The position numbers were made by a program, and so were the translations under genes. Shown here piece after piece: positions 57,768-64,000 of a stretch of DNA of 64,000 bases. This DNA comes from Planktothrix sp. GU0601_MAG3 (GTDB taxonomy: Bacteria > Cyanobacteriota > Cyanobacteriia > Cyanobacteriales > Microcoleaceae): contig CP136572.1 in assembly GCA_035193785.1 (NCBI GenBank), positions 2,388,578 through 2,452,577 of the forward strand, written 5' to 3'. The notes below the pieces were generated by a model. It ran no database searches. It was not told where the DNA came from and saw only the letters and a list, made by a program, of their open reading frames with translations. Position 1 is the first letter of the stretch; each line of letters starts with the position of its first letter.

Positions 57768-59481
57768 ATGTCTCTAATTTCGTCTCAACATAACTTAACC
57801 AAAAGTAAAAATTCTCCTGGCATTGTCCTGTCTATGTTTAATCGTTTAAGCATTCGGCAAAAAATTGGCTGGGGTTATGGGGTGGTAGTCGGGGTCGTCC
57901 TTGTGGGTGTGACCTCGGCATTTTTGGTATCGACCTATTCGGTGCGAACTTTGCGTACCCAATTAGAAATTGACCAACAAAAGGCAAAGGTTCTTGATGG
58001 ACTCAGCCAAAGTCTACTCCAGTTAAAGCATAATCAGGATAACCTAGCGCAGTCCCTCAGCAATAGCAAGGATATGGAAAAGATTGAACAGGGGGTTTCC
58101 GCCCTGCGTTTCTAATATCTTTGTGATGAATAATCAATTGCAACAACTCCAAGATATTCCTGAAACAACAGATCTTGCAATTCTACAGGATTATCAAGCC
58201 TTACAGGACTTAACTCAACGCTATCAAGAACGGTTAACTAACTATGCAGAAAAGTTTGAAACCCTGATTCAAACTACGGAAAAACCGAATCTGAATCCTC
58301 AAATTTTAAAGTCAGTTCAAAAGTCTCTGATTAACTTGAATCGGACAACCGGAATTATTCAAGTTTATCCGGTTTATGCTGAAACAACCCAACTGGAAAA
58401 TCGATTCAGAAAGCGGGCTGAAACTGCTCTGAAAAACTATGAAAAAATTGAATTGCTGGGCAATATTATTATTATTACCACTGTTGTTTTATCCAGTGGA
58501 TTAGCCATAGTATTTGCAATTTTTACGGGTCATATAATTGCGACTCCCTTAGATATTATGATTAAGGTGGCGGAACAGGTGAGTGAGGAATCGGATTTTG
58601 CCCTACAAGCTCCTGTAACCAGTTCCGATGAAATTGGGGTGCTAACGGAATCTTTAAATCATCTAATTCAACGGGTGGCTGAATATACGGAAGAATTACA
58701 GAAAGCCAAAATTATGGCGGAAGCGGCTAACCGTTCTAAGAGTGTGTTTTTAGCCAATATGAGCCATGAACTACGCACGCCGTTAAATGCGATTATTGGT
58801 TATAGTGAAATGCTGCATGATGAATCGGAGGATTTGGGATATACGGACTTTTTACCCGACTTAGAACGGATTCAAACTGCTGGAAAACATCTGCGGGATA
58901 TGATTAGTGATATTTTAGATATTTCTAAAATTGAGGCGGGTCATGTCACTCTCTATTTAGAAAATTTTCCCGTTGATAAACTCATAGAAGATGTGATTAC
59001 CACCGCTACTCCTTTGGCGGAAAAGAATAATAATGTTTTGAAGGTCAAGGCTAAACCTAATATTGGAAATATGTATGCTGATATGCCGAAAGTTCGACAA
59101 ATTCTGTTAAATTTACTCAGCAATGCTTCTAAATTTACCGAAAAAGGAACTATTTATTTAATTGCTGAACGCACCCAAGAAAAACCCCCGATTCCAGAGG
59201 ATGATGAATTTATGTATGGAATGGTTGCTAATTCATCTCAATATTTAGTATTCCGGGTTAAAGATTCGGGAATTGGGATGACTGAAGATCAATTACAACA
59301 TATTTTTAAACCCTTTATTCAAGCAGATCCTTCTACAACCAAACGGTTTGGCGGTACTGGGTTGGGACTGGCTATTAGTCAGCGTTTATGTCAAATTCTC
59401 GGGGGGGTAATTACGGTGGAAAGTCAGATGGATGAGGGTTCTATTTTTAGTGTTTGGCTTCCGGTTCATGTTAAGGGATAA
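57768..59481 (+). CDS. Membrane sensor histidine kinase (HAMP-HisKA-HATPase); apparent +1 frameshift ~58110
   Basis: [41 protein letters not shown]. Confidence 0.9.
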
Positions 59482-59484
59482 TTG

Positions 59485-59640
59485 AGAATTACGAATTACG
59501 AATTACGAATGGGGAATGGGTAATGGGTAATGGGTAATGGGTAATGGGGAATGGGGAATGGGGAATGGGGAATGGGTAATGGGGAATGGGGAATGGGGAA
59601 TGGGGAATGGGTAATGGGTAATGGGTAATGGGTAATGGGT
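59485..59640. repeat. Short tandem repeats (GAATTAC)x3 then (AATGGG[G/T]-type)n between convergent kinase genes
   Basis: Read directly; same two motifs as at 25052-25105. Confidence 0.9.
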
Positions 59641-62295
59641 TAGACGGTGGAGGAATGGACTTCCAGAAGGAGATTGGAATTGTGCCTGAACTCTTGTTTT
59701 AGAGGTAATTCTATCACAAATTCCGTGCCTTTTTCGACTTCAGAATAACAGAAAATCTTGCCCCGGTGTTTAGCAATGATTTGATAACTAATTGCCAATC
59801 CTAAACCCGTCCCTTTTCCGACAGGTTTTGTGGTGAAAAATGGTTCAAATAAACGGTGTTTGACCCGTTCTGTCATGCCATTTCCATTATCAGTAATTCG
59901 GATAACTACTCGGTTGGCTTCATTCAATTCTGTCCGAATCCGAATCGTGGGAGAAATAGCAGAAATTTGCCATGGGTGTGCGGGGGAATTGGGAATTGGG
60001 ATGGGATGAATAAACTTAGATTCTCCTTCTAATAAAGCATCAATAGCATTATTCAAGAGATTCATAAAAACTTGATTCAACTGACCCGGATAGCATTCGG
60101 TTTTGGGTAGGTTTCCATACTCTTTAATGATTTGAATGGGAGGAAGACGTTTATCCCGGGAGTTAGACGCTTGGGGGCGAAGTCGATGTTGTAAAATCAA
60201 TAAAGTGTTTTCTAAGCCATCATGGATATTAACGGGTTTCATGTCGGCTTCATCTAATCGAGAAAAGTTGCGCAGTGATAGCACAATTTCTCGAATTCGG
60301 TTGGCTCCGACTTTCATTGAGGATAAAGTTTTGGGTAAATCATTGAGAATAAACTCTAATTCAATAGTTTCTTGATGTTGTTGAATTTCGGCATGGGGTT
60401 GGGGATAATGCTGTTCGTAGAGGGCGATTAATTCCAACAGGTCTTGGATATATTGACTGGCATAATTAATGTTGCCATAAATAAAGGTAATCGGGTTATT
60501 AATTTCATGGGCAATTCCGGCAACTAATTGACCTAAACTGGATAATTTTTCGGTTTGAATTAGTTGGGCTTGAGCCTGTCCTAATTCCCTTAATGTTAGT
60601 TCTAATTGTTGGGCTTTGGCTCGTTCTCGGGCTTCCGATTGACGTAGGGCTTCTTCGGCTTTTCGGCGATCGCCAATATCCTTTACAGTTTCCGGTCATT
60701 CTCAGGGGCTGTTGCTGTTCGTCCCGCACCACTACTTTACCCTGATTCAGAATCCATTTCCATTCCCCAGAACGGCTTAACATTCGATGTTCAATTTGAC
60801 AAAAGGGCGTTTTTCCCTCTAAATGTTGTTTGAGAACTTCAACTACTTGCTCCCGATCTTCAGGATGAACTAACTTTAACCAAGAGCGGGCTTTTCCATG
60901 AATTTTGTTAGCTTCATACCCTAACATCAAACTCCATTGGGGACTAAAATAAACCTCTCCTGTGACTAAATTCCAATCCCATAATCCTTGATCGGTTCCA
61001 GCTAAAGCTAATTTTAACCGTTCTTCACTGGCTTTCAATGCTTCAGAGGCTTGGCGTTTTTCGGTAATATCAAAAATGGCTCCGTTTAGCCAACAAATTG
61101 CATCTTCCTCGGTGAAAATAACCTGTCCTTTTTCATAGACCCAACGAATATTTCCATCAATTCTAATTAAACGGTATTCTAAAATATAGGGTTGTCGAGA
61201 TTCAAAACTTATCCGAATTTTGCGTTTAACTTTCGCCAAATCGTCGGGATGAATGATACTATTAAAGGAGCGAATTCGATTTTGAATAAAATCCGCCGCC
61301 GGATATCCGGTAATCACTTCAATCCCTTGACTCAAGAATACCATCATCCGATCTTCTTCTAAAACCCCTCGATAAACTGCACCCGGAATATTAGCCACTA
61401 GGGAACGATATTCTCCTTGGCGTTCTCGTAATGTCCGTTCAATTTGTTTGCGATCGCTAATATCTCGAGCAAAGGCACATTGATATTCTCTCCCATTAAA
61501 ATTCAGATGATTAATCATAATTTCAACGGGAAAAATCCGGTTATGTTTGGTGCGATGACGAGCTTCAATATTCAAAGAACCGCAACGTCTTAAAATCTTC
61601 CAATGTAATGACCAGGAGGATACCGGAAAGTCCGGGTTAATATCATGAATGGTTAAACTTAATAATTCTTCGGGGGCATAACCGAGGGAACGACAGGCGG
61701 CATCATTGACATATAAAATTTGTCCATCTTCTCCCACCCATAAAATGGCATCCGCCGCTTTATCAATGGAAAATTTAGTCAGTTTTAAAACTTCTTCAAT
61801 CGGTTGCTGAGAATCTAGTTTAAACGGAAATGTGGCATCTATTTTAAACAGATTATGAAAGTTAGATCGTAGTTTATCTAATGTGGAATGGGACGAAGAA
61901 ACTTTATCCTCTGTTTCTTCAGGGGTTGAGGATTCAATCAAGGGTTTTTTAACTCGGTAAGAATTAATTACTCGAATTAATCCCCCGATACTAAACAAAA
62001 AGATTAAAGCAATAATAACCTGACTTGCTCCTAATGCTTTATTGAGAGGATATTTCCACATTAATAAATGGATTAGATGCAGAGTACCATCGGCGATTAA
62101 AGCTAATCCTAAAAACCCACAAATTTTGATTAAGGGTTGGAACTCAGCCCAATTAATGTTTAAAGGTTTTACCACCTTAGACAGAAGGGAAGGTTTTAAC
62201 GAAGTGGGGGTAAATAAATGATTAATCAGTAAAAAAGCTAAGGCATAGTGAATAAAAATGATCAGCAATTCTGAACTAAAAGTCAGAAATTCCAT
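59640..62295 (-). CDS. Multi-PAS sensor histidine kinase; apparent +1 frameshift ~60690
   Basis: Three PAS/PAC domains; LGQLVAGIAHEINNP after correction; QVFMNLL.NAIDA; PFFTTKPVGKGTGLGL. Confidence 0.9.
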
Positions 62296-62839
62296 AGGAA
62301 TATTGCCGATGGGATTGGGGGAAACACAGGGGTAATAATCCGAGTAAAGTCATGGGATTTTAAAAAAAGGCTGAAAAAAACTTTAAACATCCGTTTGATC
62401 GCAGCTTTCAATCCGATTAAAAAGGACTGAGGGTGAACTACTTATGCTGATAAACGCGACAAAATCCAGGCTTGGTAATTTTGTCGCCCCGTAGCCCTTG
62501 ACATACACTTGCCATCAAGGGTTAATTATTAGATTTCGTGATCACGGTGCTGGCCGATCTTTTGTCACCCTGAACTTGTAGATTTGGTTGGTCTAGTTCA
62601 ATTGTAAGAAATTATTTAATGTTATTCTACAAATTGCTAAAAATTGTTATTGTTTTATATATTTATTTGAAGTTTTCTATAGTTTTATTTTATTTGGCCT
62701 AATTCTTGCGCACCGATTTATGTTTGATATTCCGAAATTCCGAGCAAGAAGGGGCATAATCTCCAGATTAATTTTCCCCTTCTCACCGACTGTTAGCAGG
62801 TATATTAGGGGTCAAGGGAATTAGGACATCAACCAGACC

Positions 62840-64000
62840 CTAACTCAAGACCCAATTCACTAACATTCTTACCCCATAACCCGTAGCCCCGGCGTTATTA
62901 TAACCGTTGTCTTTATCAGCCCAAACCGGGCCAGCCACATCTAAATGGGCCCAGGGAGTTTTTTCCACAAATTGTTTGAGGAATAGGGTGGCTGTGATTG
63001 ATCCTCCAGCCCTTGGCCCGGTATTTTTCATATCGGCGTGGATGGCTTTTAAGCCTTCAAAATATTTTTCTTCTAAGGGCATCCGCCAGAGTTTTTCTCC
63101 TGATGTTTTGGAGGCGGTTTCTAACTCCATTGCCAACTGATCATCGGGGCTCCATAACCCGGCAAGATCATCTCCCAAAGCAACCACACAGGCGCCGGTT
63201 AAGGTGGCTAAATCAATCATGGCATCCACCCCTAATTTATCCGCAAATACCAGGGCGTCGGCTAGGGTTAATCGTCCTTCGGCATCGGTATTATTAACTT
63301 CAATGGTTTTGCCATTAGAGGCTTTCAGAAAATCCCCCGGGTGCAGGGCGCGACCGCTAATCATATTTTCGGTGACCGCACTAATAAAATGCACTTCTAC
63401 GTCTGGTTTTAACTGACTAATGGCTTTAGCCGCCCCAAAGGTAGCCGCGGCGCCGCCCATATCTACTTTCATCATTTCAATCCCGCTACCGGTGGGTTTA
63501 ATATTCAATCCACCGGAATCAAAGGTTAAGCCTTTACCAATAATGGCTAATTTGCGCCGGGGAGTGACCGAGGGACGATAGATTAAATGGATAAATTTAG
63601 GGGGTAAATCCGAGGCTTGGGCAACCCCTAAAAAAGCACCCATGCCCAATTTTTCGCAGTCTTCTTTCTCTAAAATATGCAATTCTAAGCCGTATTCTTG
63701 GGCTAGGGATTGAACTATTTCTGCCATAGTAATGGGGGTGACTTCATTGGCAGGGGCGGCGACTAATTCCCGGGCTAAAATTACCCCGGAACAAATTTGT
63801 TGGGCGCGGGTAATGGCGGATTCTGTACCGGGTAAACCCAATAATTCAATTTGTTCGATGCCGTGACCTTTTTCGTCGGTTTCTGACTTAAATCGGGTAT
63901 CTTGATGGAGGGCTAATTCTAGGCCTTCGGTAACAGCTTGGGCGGTGGTTTCTGGGGTTTCAAAAATAGGTAAGCTCACCCCAAGAATTTTTCCTTTCAG
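62840..64000 (-). CDS. pepA: Leucyl aminopeptidase (M17); 5' end outside the window
   Basis: [41 protein letters not shown]. Confidence 0.95.
   Translation of the reverse strand: MKGKILGVSLPIFETPETTAQAVTEGLELALHQDTRFKSETDEKGHGIEQIELLGLPGTESAITRAQQICSGVILARELVAAPANEVTPITMAEIVQSLAQEYGLELHILEKEDCEKLGMGAFLGVAQASDLPPKFIHLIYRPSVTPRRKLAIIGKGLTFDSGGLNIKPTGSGIEMMKVDMGGAAATFGAAKAISQLKPDVEVHFISAVTENMISGRALHPGDFLKASNGKTIEVNNTDAEGRLTLADALVFADKLGVDAMIDLATLTGACVVALGDDLAGLWSPDDQLAMELETASKTSGEKLWRMPLEEKYFEGLKAIHADMKNTGPRAGGSITATLFLKQFVEKTPWAHLDVAGPVWADKDNGYNNAGATGYGVRMLVNWVLS

Overview
AT-rich chromosomal window from a cyanobacterium (HIP1 GCGATCGC octamers, short tandem repeats, cyanobacterial gene set; Oscillatoriales/Planktothrix-like by inference). 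The main feature is a 3,888-bp composite mobile element present twice in inverted orientation (3356-7243 + and 39686-43573 -). It is a non-autonomous IS200/IS605 element with IS608-type ends (TTAC target, TCAA right end), a tnpA stub and a tnpB with intact RuvC residues. A complete 2,444-nt group IIB intron (RT-maturase-HNH) sits in the last codons of tnpB, 61 nt from the right end, where the omegaRNA is expected. The intron's EBS1/EBS2 pair with this site, and splicing would restore a QLSLF C-terminal motif and rejoin the omegaRNA scaffold. Other features: a TPR-CHAT protease operon with a 2-TM partner, a DUF6516 toxin-antitoxin pair, a 10 x 101-bp GTAG-REP array, an SDR-PhyH fusion, a ~4,510-aa DUF4347/lectin/Ig-repeat/RTX adhesin, and housekeeping genes (guaA, cbiD, cruA-like, ftsH, rpsU, pepA). 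All 17 frameshifts I traced are the same +1 change, GAAC to GAAAC. This points to a systematic sequencing error, possibly at chemically modified GAAC/GTTC sites, rather than real pseudogenes.
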